Positions 1 through 9,357 of a stretch of DNA of 28,100 nt are shown here, one piece after another. The DNA lies in NCBI GenBank assembly GCA_049969855.1, contig JBMFOB010000016.1, positions 1 through 28,100 of the forward strand. Reading direction: 5' to 3'. Origin of the DNA: Candidatus Bathyarchaeia archaeon (GTDB lineage Archaea; Thermoproteota; Bathyarchaeia; Bathyarchaeales; Bathycorpusculaceae). Each line of letters starts with the position of its first letter. The stretch's first letter is position 1. A model generated the notes under the pieces. That model had not been told where the DNA came from and searched no databases. It saw only the letters and a program-made list of their open reading frames with translations. The translations under genes and the position numbers were made by a program.

Positions 1-78
1 CCAAAGCTTAAGGAAGACTTTTTAGCAGCCAAGAAAACGCTTGAAGAACAGACTCCGTGGTACTTTATTCACCTTTGA
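1..78 (+). CDS. 3' end of an unidentified gene entering from the left edge (partial)
   Basis: Frame 1 is open from base 1 (PKLKEDFLAAKKTLEEQTPWYFIHL) to TGA at 76-78, converging on the next gene. Too short to identify. Confidence 0.4.
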   Translation, partial: PKLKEDFLAAKKTLEEQTPWYFIHL

Positions 79-110
79 AAAATCCCTTCTTCAACGAGTA
101 TTCTGCACTT

Positions 111-1169
111 TTAGCGAAGAGCCTTAGCTTTCTCGTAGGCATACGCTACACTTTCGCTGGTTACTACACCTAAAACCTTGCCGGGCACTTCTCTTTCAAC
201 TACCGGCACCAAATCAATCTTTTCACGAAGCATTATCTTATAGGCTTCAAGTATCGATTCGTCAGAAAAAACCGAGATCTGCTTCATAGGCAACTGTTCC
301 ACCCGCAGCTGGCTTCTTTGCTCTTGCTTAACCTTCATGATTTCGTTCCATGTGACAATTCCTTGGAAGACACCGTCTTTTCCAACCAAAACGTCATGAT
401 ATCGTGCTTTAAACATAACTTCCAAAGCCTCTGAGAGGGTGGTTTCAGGTTTAACAGAAGCCACCTCAGAGTACATGACATCTTTAACGCGAACTCGCGC
501 CATAGTCGTTGATATGATTGTTGATTCTGTTTCCTCAGTTGCACCTATATAAATGAATATGCCTATTATAACAAGCCAAAGGTTATACCAAATTCCGAAA
601 AGCGCCATCATTATGCCCAGAATCTTGCCGATGAACGCGGCATATTTTGTTGCATCGGAAAACTTCATTTTTTCGGCTAAAAGGGCTCTTAAAATTCTGC
701 CGCCATCCATGGGGAATGCTGGAATCAAATTGAAGCCGCCGAGAATCAAGTTCAAGATGGCTAAATCATAAATCAAGGTTTGCGCTGTTGCGACGAATGG
801 GAGAGCTTCTGCAAATGGCAGTTTGATGGGTATCAACTGATCTAAGGCAAGTAGAAATAACCCTATTGCAAAACTGACCACAGGGCCTGCTGCAGCCATT
901 CTCCACTCAATTCCAGGTTTTTCAGGAATTTCCTCTATCTCTGAAACGCCACCTATGGGATATAGAATAATTTTGCGAACTTTTATGTGGTAATGCTTTG
1001 CAACCACAGAATGGCTCAATTCATGGATAGTCACGAAGAAAAATAGGCAGACAATTAAAAGAAAATAATAGGCTGAGAAGAACGCAACGATAATCAACAA
1101 AAGTATAAAGGTAATGTGAAGCTCAACCGGAATTCCCCAAACAGAACCAAATTTAAATGAATATTTCAT
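111..1169 (-). CDS. Site-2 (M50 family) zinc metalloprotease with C-terminal CBS pair
   Basis: HELSH (HExxH) and NLIPAFPMDGG motifs, several hydrophobic TM segments, C-terminal CBS-like repeats (VKDVM..., VPVV...VLGVVT). Confidence 0.93.
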   Translation of the reverse strand: MKYSFKFGSVWGIPVELHITFILLLIIVAFFSAYYFLLIVCLFFFVTIHELSHSVVAKHYHIKVRKIILYPIGGVSEIEEIPEKPGIEWRMAAAGPVVSFAIGLFLLALDQLIPIKLPFAEALPFVATAQTLIYDLAILNLILGGFNLIPAFPMDGGRILRALLAEKMKFSDATKYAAFIGKILGIMMALFGIWYNLWLVIIGIFIYIGATEETESTIISTTMARVRVKDVMYSEVASVKPETTLSEALEVMFKARYHDVLVGKDGVFQGIVTWNEIMKVKQEQRSQLRVEQLPMKQISVFSDESILEAYKIMLREKIDLVPVVEREVPGKVLGVVTSESVAYAYEKAKALR

Positions 1170-1273
1170 AAGACAATATTAAGGTGCAATTACTTTTTAG
1201 ACTTTCTAAAAGCTAATAAACCTTCAAAATAGAACAGTAATTGCTATTGCAGTCTATTGGATGGAATATTGAA

Positions 1274-1633
1274 ATGGAAGGCTATCTCATTTCAGAGTTA
1301 TTGAAGTTCTTGGAAAAGGAAAAAATTGAGATAAAACTGCGAAAGATCTCTGATTTTGAATTTTGGCTTGAAAGCCCAGACAAGTCCATCACAGCCAAAC
1401 TTGTCATAGACAATGATGCACGTGAAGTTCTGTATGACATTTTCTCAGTTGAACACGATGTGCATTTGAAGGAGGAAAAAATTAGGGATGTAGAAAAAAT
1501 AGATTTTATAGCTGAAGAGCATAAAAAATGGAAACTCGTAGAGACCGTAGAGGACTTCTGGTTAATTCTGGACGAAATCAGGCTTTGGGCACAAAAGAAC
1601 AAGTATCAAGTTAAAGAAAAAGAAATGATATGA
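1274..1633 (+). CDS. Hypothetical acidic/charged protein (~119 aa)
   Basis: ORF fills the gap between two minus-strand genes and has protein-like composition. ATG at 1274 is preferred over TTG at 1241. No motif recognised. Confidence 0.7.
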   Translation: MEGYLISELLKFLEKEKIEIKLRKISDFEFWLESPDKSITAKLVIDNDAREVLYDIFSVEHDVHLKEEKIRDVEKIDFIAEEHKKWKLVETVEDFWLILDEIRLWAQKNKYQVKEKEMI

Positions 1634-1650
1634 ACAGAAATTGGCATGTT

Positions 1651-2949
1651 CTACTTTTCCGCTTTCTTCAGCAAACCGATAAGCATAGGCAATAGTTTAG
1701 TGCCGCGTTCCAATATACCTAGACTTCCACTTTTGCATTCCTTTTCAGAGAACTTGGAAACGTTATCGCCTCTGATCTTATCTCCCGATATTAGAAGTGG
1801 AACTGGATCGTCGCTGTGAGCTTTAAGTTTGCAAGGTGTCGAATGATCTGCAGTAACGCAGATTATATGGTCTTCCAATTTTATTTTTTGCAAAAGTTTT
1901 CCGAAAAAGTGCTTATCGATTATAGATATGAGCTGAGCCTTAAGTTCGAATTTTCCGTCATGTCCAGGCTCGTCTGGACCTTTTAAGTGTATGTAAAAAC
2001 AATCATAAGCGGTGAGGCAATCAATTAACTTCTTCACTCGGAGTTTACAGTCACTTTCAAGGTCATGTGAAGGTGGTGGAAGAATTACGGTATCCATACC
2101 TGCTAATTTAGAGATTCCTCGTTCAACAGGCATATCGGTTAAGGAAACAAAACGCACTCCATAGTGTCTGTTAATGTTGAAGAATTTTGGCAGTTTATGC
2201 CCAGCATCTCTTGTAAGTATAATGTTTGCCTTAAGTTTACCTTCCCTTTCGCGTTTTCTGTTAATCTCGTGTGCATCTAGGATTTCACGGCTTTTTTTGA
2301 CAAATTCGTTCACAAGATCCGCAGAAATTTTTGCTCCTTCACTACTGTCCATGGGCTCGCATTTTTGGGGGAACATTCTAATTTTGGCTTCTGCTATTCC
2401 AAGCTCTTTTATTTTGGCGTAGCCTGGATCGGTATTTGTTATTCTGCTGGAGAGGGGTTTCTCATGGCTTCTTATGACCAAAACTCCTCTATGGCCAACG
2501 GTATTCTTAAACTCAAAATCTGCAGAGTGAGATTCAAGTTTCACATTTTCATTAATAGCTTTACATAACTCAGTAGCCTCTTCGGTGGTTAAGTTTCTTC
2601 CCACGCGTCTATCAATAAGCTCGCCTTTTTCGCCTAAGGTTGCAAAGTTACATCTTAAGGCAAGATCGCCATCTTTTACTTCAATGCCAGCGCCAACGGC
2701 TTCAAGGATTCCTCTGCCAGTGCCGTATTTGAAAGGGTCATATCCCAAAATTGAAATTACAGCTACGTCGCTTTCTGGAGCGATGCCTCTCTTAACAGTA
2801 TACATTAACCCTGTTTTTCCATGTGCAGCTAGAAAGTCCATATTTGGCGTGTCTGCAGCCTCAAGTGGGGTCTTATTGTCTAATTCTTCAATGGGTAAGT
2901 CGCCCATTCCATCAATAACAACGTAAATCAGTTTTAAAATTTTATTCAC
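1651..2949 (-). CDS. apgM: 2,3-bisphosphoglycerate-independent phosphoglycerate mutase, archaeal type
   Basis: DGMGD...TPLEAA.TPNMD, PESD (catalytic Ser), KGPDEPGHDG and TADHSTP...HS.DPVP alkaline-phosphatase-superfamily metal motifs. Confidence 0.92.
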   Translation of the reverse strand: MNKILKLIYVVIDGMGDLPIEELDNKTPLEAADTPNMDFLAAHGKTGLMYTVKRGIAPESDVAVISILGYDPFKYGTGRGILEAVGAGIEVKDGDLALRCNFATLGEKGELIDRRVGRNLTTEEATELCKAINENVKLESHSADFEFKNTVGHRGVLVIRSHEKPLSSRITNTDPGYAKIKELGIAEAKIRMFPQKCEPMDSSEGAKISADLVNEFVKKSREILDAHEINRKREREGKLKANIILTRDAGHKLPKFFNINRHYGVRFVSLTDMPVERGISKLAGMDTVILPPPSHDLESDCKLRVKKLIDCLTAYDCFYIHLKGPDEPGHDGKFELKAQLISIIDKHFFGKLLQKIKLEDHIICVTADHSTPCKLKAHSDDPVPLLISGDKIRGDNVSKFSEKECKSGSLGILERGTKLLPMLIGLLKKAEK

Positions 2950-2982
2950 CTCTTTATAGCTTGAAGCCCCAACATATAAAGG

Positions 2983-3426
2983 CTATTTCACTATTAGTAC
3001 GGGACAATGTGCCTCATCTGCAACTCTATCGCTAACGCTTCCTAAGAAGAACTCTTTCACTTTCCCTAATCCTCTATGTCCCATGACTATTAGGTCAAAG
3101 TTTCCTTCTTTAGCTGTTTCAACTATTTTATCTGACGGCCGACCTTCCTTAAGAACAGTTGAAATTTTCAAGTTGGGTTTAAGTTCTTCAGATTTTTTAA
3201 GAGCTTTGGATAATATTTGTTCATGAATCCCTTTCAATTCATTAGTAAACTCAGCCAAAAGGGCTGGATAAGCAAAAGGTTCACCTAAATAGCCAACCGT
3301 TGGTACTTGAAAAACATTTACTAATGTAATCGTTGCAGAATATTTCTCAGCCATATCGAGTGCGAAGTCCAGTGCTTTATCTGCATGTTCAGAACCGTCA
3401 ATCGCTACCAAAATTTTTGTAATCAA
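2983..3426 (-). CDS. Universal stress protein (UspA family)
   Basis: KILVAIDGSEHA N-terminus and DLIVMGHRG...LGSVSDRV...CPVLIVK C-terminus. Confidence 0.95.
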   Translation of the reverse strand: MITKILVAIDGSEHADKALDFALDMAEKYSATITLVNVFQVPTVGYLGEPFAYPALLAEFTNELKGIHEQILSKALKKSEELKPNLKISTVLKEGRPSDKIVETAKEGNFDLIVMGHRGLGKVKEFFLGSVSDRVADEAHCPVLIVK

Positions 3427-3500
3427 ATTTACCCCTTCTATTCAGTTTTCATTGTTCAGGTTCATAGATTTTTCGCAAAACAATTAACAAGAGCGTAGCA

Positions 3501-3722
3501 TTATTGCGATTCTTTACGCTTCTTCAAAAATCTTTCAACGGCTTTCCTGTTCGGTAAGGCTCTGGCTCCAACCCTTGTTATTTTTAAATTAGCCGTAGCA
3601 TTAGCGAACTCAACGGAATCTTCCAAATTTTTACCCTCCAATTGAGCCGTGATAAAACCAGCTGAGAATGCATCCCCAGCTCCAGTCGTGTCAGCAACCT
3701 TCACCGAATAAGCGCGCGCATA
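3501..3722 (-). pseudogene. C-terminal fragment of a PfkB/ribokinase-family sugar kinase
   Basis: The DTTGAGDAFSAGF PfkB signature and ANATANLKIT..GA..LP tail are present, but only ~70 aa of a ~300 aa family. The upstream DNA is the AT-rich spacer before the divergent GT gene. Confidence 0.8.
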
Positions 3723-3795
3723 TAATTGAGAGTAAAGGGATAAATATGGTTTAATACAAACTTGATTGAAGTATAAATTAAAGTGAGCGGGTAAA

Positions 3796-5034
3796 ATGAG
3801 AATCGGGTTTTTCGTTTGGGAATACCCACCAAAGCTTGTAGGCGGGTTAGGGACCTATGCAGAATACATTACCCATGAATTCGTCGAGTTAGGCCACGAT
3901 GTTACAGTCTTCACACTCAATCCTGGAGACCTAAATACAAGAGAAATACTAAAGGGAGTTGAAGTTCATCGACCTCTTATCGCAGATGCAAGCAACGTTT
4001 TTCCAATGTTTGTTACCGAGGATTTAAAGAAATGGGGAACAAACATCCGATTTTTCAACGACATCTTCATTTACAATGTTCTCAGCGCAACCAAATTCAT
4101 TAATGGACTAATCAGAAAACAAGGGTATAAATTTGACATTGTCTGTGTACATGACTGGTTGAGCAGCATAGCAGGCTTAATAATCAAAAATGAAACCAAA
4201 ATCCCAGTTGTTTTCCATGTCCACAGCACAGAATGGGGACGAAGCGGAGGACAAGGCTCAGAAGTTGTTTCACATCTCGAGTCAGCGACTGCACAGACGG
4301 CGGATAGGATAATAACAGTTAGCCACGCAATGAAAGACGATTTGACGCGCCATGGTTGGCCTCAACAAAAAATAAGCGTGGTATGGAACGGTGTAGATCC
4401 AATACGTTATGACCCCAAAAACTGTGAACCCGAAGATGTAAAGAAGATCAGAGAAAAGTATGACATTCCAGATGATTGGAAAATGCTTCTTTTCCTTGGA
4501 AGATTAACTTGGGTGAAAGGCGTTAAAAACCTAATACAAGCCATGCCCACAGTTTTGAGAGACTATCCGCAAACAAAACTCGTGATTTTAGGCAAAGGCG
4601 AAGAAGAAAAAGACATAGAAGAAACAGCATCCAGACTTGGAATAAAAGACAAGATCATATACCGTTTCGAGTTTGTCCCAGAAGACGAACGAATCTTGCA
4701 TTACGCCGCAGCAGACCTATGCATTTTCCCCTCAACATACGAACCATTCGGCATCGTCAGCCTAGAAGCAATGGCAATGGCAAAACCAGTTGTCGTCGGC
4801 GCCCACGGCGTAGTAGGCTTCCGAGAACAAGTGGTCTCCTCAGGCCCAGACCAAAACGGCATCCACATCAACGGCGAAGACCCAACTGACATAGCATGGG
4901 GAATAAAAGAAACCCTCAAAGACCCACAAAGAGCCAAAACATGGGGAGAAAACGGAAGAAAAAGAATTTTACAATACTTCACGTGGGAAAAAACTGCCGA
5001 ACAAACACTAGAAATCTACAAAACTCTCATTTAG
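3796..5034 (+). CDS. Glycosyltransferase family 4 (GT-B), glycogen synthase-like
   Basis: WEYPP..VGGLG, HDW, H.TE.GR, GRL...KG and YEPFGIVSLEAMA motifs. Confidence 0.92.
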   Translation: MRIGFFVWEYPPKLVGGLGTYAEYITHEFVELGHDVTVFTLNPGDLNTREILKGVEVHRPLIADASNVFPMFVTEDLKKWGTNIRFFNDIFIYNVLSATKFINGLIRKQGYKFDIVCVHDWLSSIAGLIIKNETKIPVVFHVHSTEWGRSGGQGSEVVSHLESATAQTADRIITVSHAMKDDLTRHGWPQQKISVVWNGVDPIRYDPKNCEPEDVKKIREKYDIPDDWKMLLFLGRLTWVKGVKNLIQAMPTVLRDYPQTKLVILGKGEEEKDIEETASRLGIKDKIIYRFEFVPEDERILHYAAADLCIFPSTYEPFGIVSLEAMAMAKPVVVGAHGVVGFREQVVSSGPDQNGIHINGEDPTDIAWGIKETLKDPQRAKTWGENGRKRILQYFTWEKTAEQTLEIYKTLI

Positions 5035-5384
5035 AGAATTTTAATTCCGTTAATTATTCGCCTTTTTCTGTTAGTAACCTTTATTCGCTGCGCTCTAAGG
5101 CTCAAGTTTTCGCCTCCAGCAGGAGCCAAGGCTAAAACTCGCATTAGGCTTTTTCCTCCGCCATTTTGGACTGCTGGGTCGCCAATGCCTTTCAGAAAGC
5201 ATAGGTTGCTGGCGGGTTGCCAGTGCCCCTCAAAATAAAGGCTTGGCTCGCCATCTTCGGGAAAAGGGATAGCTTCATCAATATTTTCTTCGCCCCAAAC
5301 ACGCCCACACTTAACGCATACAACTTCGCTTTCAGCCATCATTAGTGAGCCGCCACATTCGAGACACATTCCAGCGCTAAACAT
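5031..5384 (-). CDS. TFIIB/TFB-type zinc-ribbon protein lacking cyclin folds (possible truncated relic); start may be the ATG at 5369
   Basis: CLECGG...EVVCVKCGRVWGEENID resembles the TFB N-terminal CxxC-CxxC ribbon. Confidence 0.6.
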   Translation of the reverse strand: MFSAGMCLECGGSLMMAESEVVCVKCGRVWGEENIDEAIPFPEDGEPSLYFEGHWQPASNLCFLKGIGDPAVQNGGGKSLMRVLALAPAGGENLSLRAQRIKVTNRKRRIINGIKIL

Positions 5385-5598
5385 AACTCCTCAAACTGCT
5401 CAGAAGAAAGCTTTTCCCGCAAAAATCAACGCTAATCAGCAGCATAAACTACTCCAAAAGAAAAATATCTTCAAAACAAGCCCAAAAACAGAAAAAGAGG
5501 AGAATTTGTGGGGGAGAAATCTCCTTTTTCGAATACGAAATAATCCCGTAGTTTTTTATAATTGGTAGTCGAAAAATCTATGTGTTGGATAAGCTTTA

Positions 5599-6537
5599 AT
5601 GCTTCTAAAATGGGGTGGTGTAGGCTTGGTGGAGGCGCCAGTAGAAGATAAGCGATTAACTCTCAAAGAAGCTGTTAAACTTGTCCCAGATGGTGCGCAT
5701 TTATTTTGGGGAGGGTTCGGTTTTCAACGCCCACCAATGGCTTTTGCGCATGAAATGGTTCGGCAAGGTAAAAAAAACATGACAATTTACACTTGTGGGT
5801 CAGAAATGGACTTGGATATTTTGGTGGGCGCTAAGGTTGCTTCACGTCTTGAAGTTGCTTTCTACGCTATTGAAGGGATAGGTTTAGCTCCGAACATTCA
5901 GAGGAGAATGAGGGAAAAAACTGTGGAAATTGAGGATTATACGAATTTGGCTATGGCTTTACGCTTCTTAGGTGGTGCTTTGGGTGTGCCATTCATGCCA
6001 TTGAAAAGCATGTTGGGAACAGACATGTTAACAAAGAAAAGGTTCAGGGAGAAGAAGGCAGAGGTATTCACATGCCCGTTTACAGGAGAAAAGGTTGTGC
6101 TTGTCCCCTCTGTTCGTCCAGACTTCAGCATAGTCCACGTTTCGCGTGTGGACCGAGAAGGAAACGCTCAGATAGATGGTATAAAGGGCGAAGATGTTGA
6201 AGGTGCAAGGGCTGGGAAAAAACTGATTGTTATGGCTGAAGAAATTGTTGACACAGAATTTATAAGGGCTCAGCCAGATCAAACAGTTATACCGAACATT
6301 TATGTCACGCATGTTGTTGAGTGTCCATGGGGTTCTTATCCTATGATGGTTTACAATTATTACGATTATGACATGGAACACATCCGCAAGTATTATGAGC
6401 AATGCAAAACAGAGGAAGGATGGCAAAAATACTGCGAAGAATACATAACAAGCGTAAACAACCATGTGGAATTTCTACAAAAGATAGGCATAGAAAGACT
6501 GTTGAAGCTGAAGGCTAAAAAACCCTTCGCATATTAG
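5599..6537 (+). CDS. Family I CoA-transferase subunit A (glutaconate CoA-transferase-like); true start may be ~5629
   Basis: LKEAVKLVPDG..GGF..RPPMAFAHE, GALGVPFMP, CPFTGEKVVLVP and D.EGNAQI motifs; paired with a B subunit. Confidence 0.88.
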   Translation: MLLKWGGVGLVEAPVEDKRLTLKEAVKLVPDGAHLFWGGFGFQRPPMAFAHEMVRQGKKNMTIYTCGSEMDLDILVGAKVASRLEVAFYAIEGIGLAPNIQRRMREKTVEIEDYTNLAMALRFLGGALGVPFMPLKSMLGTDMLTKKRFREKKAEVFTCPFTGEKVVLVPSVRPDFSIVHVSRVDREGNAQIDGIKGEDVEGARAGKKLIVMAEEIVDTEFIRAQPDQTVIPNIYVTHVVECPWGSYPMMVYNYYDYDMEHIRKYYEQCKTEEGWQKYCEEYITSVNNHVEFLQKIGIERLLKLKAKKPFAY

Positions 6538-6546
6538 AGGGAGGAA

Positions 6547-7344
6547 ATGGAAATGAGTAAAAAATATGCAAAACCTGAAGAATTTTCAACCCTTGAACTT
6601 ATGGCTGTTTGCGGCTCAAAACAAATAAAAAACGGCGAAGTCGTCTTCATTGGGACAGGTTTACCATTAATCGCTGCAATGCTTGCAAAGAAAACTCACG
6701 CGCCGAAAGCGAAGATAGTTTATGAAGCAGGATTCATAGATTCAAACGCCATTGACATAGCCTTATCCATAGCTGATTCTAGGTTGGGATATCATGCGTC
6801 TGGAGCCATTGGTTTAATAGAAACATTGGGGTTGATGCTGCAAGGCGGGCATGTGGATGTAGGCTTCGTTGGAGCTGCCCAAATTGACGAGTATGGAAAC
6901 ATAAACACGACGTACATAGGAAACTTTGAAAACCCAACAGTTAGGCTTCCAGGAAGCGGAGGCGGAAACGACATAGTTTCTTCAGCAAAACGCATAGTAA
7001 TCATAATGACCCATGAGAAAAGGAAAACGGTGAAAAAACTCGATTACCTAACAAGCCCAGGCTTTTTAGATGGGCCAGGAGCCAGAGAAAAAGCTGGACT
7101 ATTAGGCGGAGGGCCATCGCTTGTGGTTACAAACCTTTGCCAGATGGATTTTGAACCAAAAACAAAACGCATAAGGTTGGCGACAGTTCATCCTGGCGTA
7201 ACAATTCAACAAATTAAGGAAAACACTGGTTTCGACTTAATTATTCCTAAGGATGTTCCAACCACGGAATTGCCAACATGTGAGGAGCTTGAACTTTTAA
7301 GAGCAATAGACCCTCATGGGATTTACATTCCGAAACCTAAATAG
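6547..7344 (+). CDS. Family I CoA-transferase subunit B
   Basis: VFIGTGLP, IVYEAG (catalytic Glu region), GAAQIDEYGNIN and RLPGSGGGND; GAGG-type RBS upstream. Confidence 0.9.
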   Translation: MEMSKKYAKPEEFSTLELMAVCGSKQIKNGEVVFIGTGLPLIAAMLAKKTHAPKAKIVYEAGFIDSNAIDIALSIADSRLGYHASGAIGLIETLGLMLQGGHVDVGFVGAAQIDEYGNINTTYIGNFENPTVRLPGSGGGNDIVSSAKRIVIIMTHEKRKTVKKLDYLTSPGFLDGPGAREKAGLLGGGPSLVVTNLCQMDFEPKTKRIRLATVHPGVTIQQIKENTGFDLIIPKDVPTTELPTCEELELLRAIDPHGIYIPKPK

Positions 7345-8659
7345 TTGGAGTTTTTTCTTGTGGAATTTTTGGTTTTTGCTTTGTTACCTGTTCAACTATT
7401 TTCCAGAATTCCTCTTCAGTTAAACCCTTTCTCAAATCTCTCATGAGCTTTTTTATCTGGTAGAAGGTCATTTGTGTTCCACCCTTGTCTAAGCTTTCCT
7501 GCACATTTTTTATTCTTCGGACTATTTCGTCTATCTGCCATTGCGTGGCTTTGATTCCAGCCGAAGCCAAGCGGTTTTCAACAAGATGTCTTCCGCTTTG
7601 TTTTCCAAAGTAGAATGTGGTTTCTCTTTCAATGATTTCTGGCGGAAAAGGCTCATAGATTAACGGATGCGCCAGCATGCCGTGAACGTGCTCATCCACT
7701 TCGTAGGAGAAGGCGTTTTCGCCTATTATAGGTTTATGATATTGTATTGGCAATGCAAAGCTTTTTTCAACAAGTTGTGAAAGTCTGTAAAGTTTCTTCA
7801 AGTCCAAGCCCGTGTCTATGTCATAGAGGAGTTCCAAAGCAACGACAACTTCCTCCAAAGGTGCCAATCCAGCCCTTTCCCCAAAACCAGCAACACAAGT
7901 ATGCACATAACTCACGCCTTCTTCCACTGCTGCTAATGTGTTGGCTGTTGCTAAGCCAAAGTCGTTGTGGCAGTGAACTGAAAGGGGAATTTCCTTGCCA
8001 AACTTTTGTGAAAGTCCTTCTCGCACGTGGGAGATTAGATAACGCATTGATAATGGTCTTAAAAATCCTACAGTGTCTGCAATGACAAGTCTATCCGCTC
8101 CAGCCTTTACGGCAGCCTCAAAAATTTGTAAAATGTCTTCGAGGGGCGTTCTGGAGGCGTCTTCTAAAACAAAATCTACAGTGGCTCCTTGTTTTTTTGC
8201 GTATCCGATGGCTTCGATGCTTTCTTTTAAAACTTGCTCCTTGGTCATTTTAAGTCTGTAATGCAGATTTAATCCATTAAATGGCGTGGACATTAGGATT
8301 TCTCTTATGCCGCATTCAAAACAAGCGTCTATATCACTTTTAATTGCGCGAGCGGAAGCGGCAAGGCGGGCATTTTGGAAGCCTTCATTTGCAATTCTTC
8401 TAACATCGTTTTTCTCTTCTTCGGATATGGCTGGAAATCCAACTGTTATTAGGGATACTCCCATTTCATCCATCATTTTAGCAAGCTTAACCTTTTCAAC
8501 GTAGGTTAGGAAAACTGTTGGGGTTAGGATTCCCTCCCTGAGGGTTTCGTCCCAAATGTAGACTCTTTCGGGAAGTTTTGGGGGCAAATTTTTTCTATAA
8601 TGGTTATAGTTTGCGATTAAGCCTTGAGCCTCAAGTTTCCTGAATATTGTTTTCCTCAT
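7337..8659 (-). CDS. DRE-TIM metallolyase of the LeuA/homocitrate/citramalate synthase family, with degenerate active-site motifs
   Basis: DETLREG, EDASR, ADTVG, HCHNDFGLATAN, GFGERAG and KPIIGENAF. No LeuA regulatory domain. Confidence 0.85.
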   Translation of the reverse strand: MRKTIFRKLEAQGLIANYNHYRKNLPPKLPERVYIWDETLREGILTPTVFLTYVEKVKLAKMMDEMGVSLITVGFPAISEEEKNDVRRIANEGFQNARLAASARAIKSDIDACFECGIREILMSTPFNGLNLHYRLKMTKEQVLKESIEAIGYAKKQGATVDFVLEDASRTPLEDILQIFEAAVKAGADRLVIADTVGFLRPLSMRYLISHVREGLSQKFGKEIPLSVHCHNDFGLATANTLAAVEEGVSYVHTCVAGFGERAGLAPLEEVVVALELLYDIDTGLDLKKLYRLSQLVEKSFALPIQYHKPIIGENAFSYEVDEHVHGMLAHPLIYEPFPPEIIERETTFYFGKQSGRHLVENRLASAGIKATQWQIDEIVRRIKNVQESLDKGGTQMTFYQIKKLMRDLRKGLTEEEFWKIVEQVTKQKPKIPQEKTPTI

Positions 8660-8794
8660 CTAATACACTTTCCAGCAATTAAGAGTCGGTGCGCATCTAA
8701 TATTTTAACAGCCGTTCATATAAAATTGACTTAGTTACCCTCACAGCAAACCTAAATTATTTAGGAGTAAAGTCCAATAAGGCAAATTGTAAAG

Positions 8795-9349
8795 GTGAAG
8801 TGTATGGACGTATTTGAGGGTATTGAGAAAAGAAGAAGCATACGAAAGTTTAAGCCCGAACCAGTCAAGGATGGCGCTTTGAAAAGGATTTTGGAGGCTG
8901 GACGTTTGGCTCCTTCAGGCAGCAATCGCCAACCATGGTATTTCATAGTTGTCAGAGACTTAGAAACAAAAAAGGCATTATCCATAGCTGCAAACAATCA
9001 AAGGTTCATCGCAGATGCAGGCGCTGTAATTGTGGCTTTAGGCGACCCGGGTGTTTCTCTAACAAAAATGCCTTACAAACTTTCTTCAACAAGAATATCT
9101 CATCTGCAAGACCCTATGATAGCCATAGAGCATATGGTTTTAGCTGCAACAGCCCTCGGATATGGAACATGTTGGATTGGAGCTTTCAACCAAGAAGAGG
9201 TTAAGAAGATTTTGAAAATTCCTGAAAATCTTGCAGTCGTCGCTTTGCTGCCCGTAGGCGTCCCAGACGAGAATCCGCTTGCGAGACCAAGAAAGGCGTT
9301 CAAGGAAATATTTTTCAAAGACTCTTATGGAGTTCCACTTGAACTATAA
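8795..9349 (+). CDS. Nitroreductase family flavoprotein (start may be the ATG at 8804)
   Basis: RRSIRKF, APSGSNRQPWYF and LAATALGYGTCWIG motifs. Confidence 0.93.
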   Translation: MKCMDVFEGIEKRRSIRKFKPEPVKDGALKRILEAGRLAPSGSNRQPWYFIVVRDLETKKALSIAANNQRFIADAGAVIVALGDPGVSLTKMPYKLSSTRISHLQDPMIAIEHMVLAATALGYGTCWIGAFNQEEVKKILKIPENLAVVALLPVGVPDENPLARPRKAFKEIFFKDSYGVPLEL

Positions 9350-9357
9350 ACGTATCT

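Noticed and set aside
5491-5530. Imperfect inverted repeat gaaaaagaggagaattt / aaatctcctttttc
   Set aside because: Low-complexity purine/pyrimidine tracts needing two bulges; insufficient support for a functional element.
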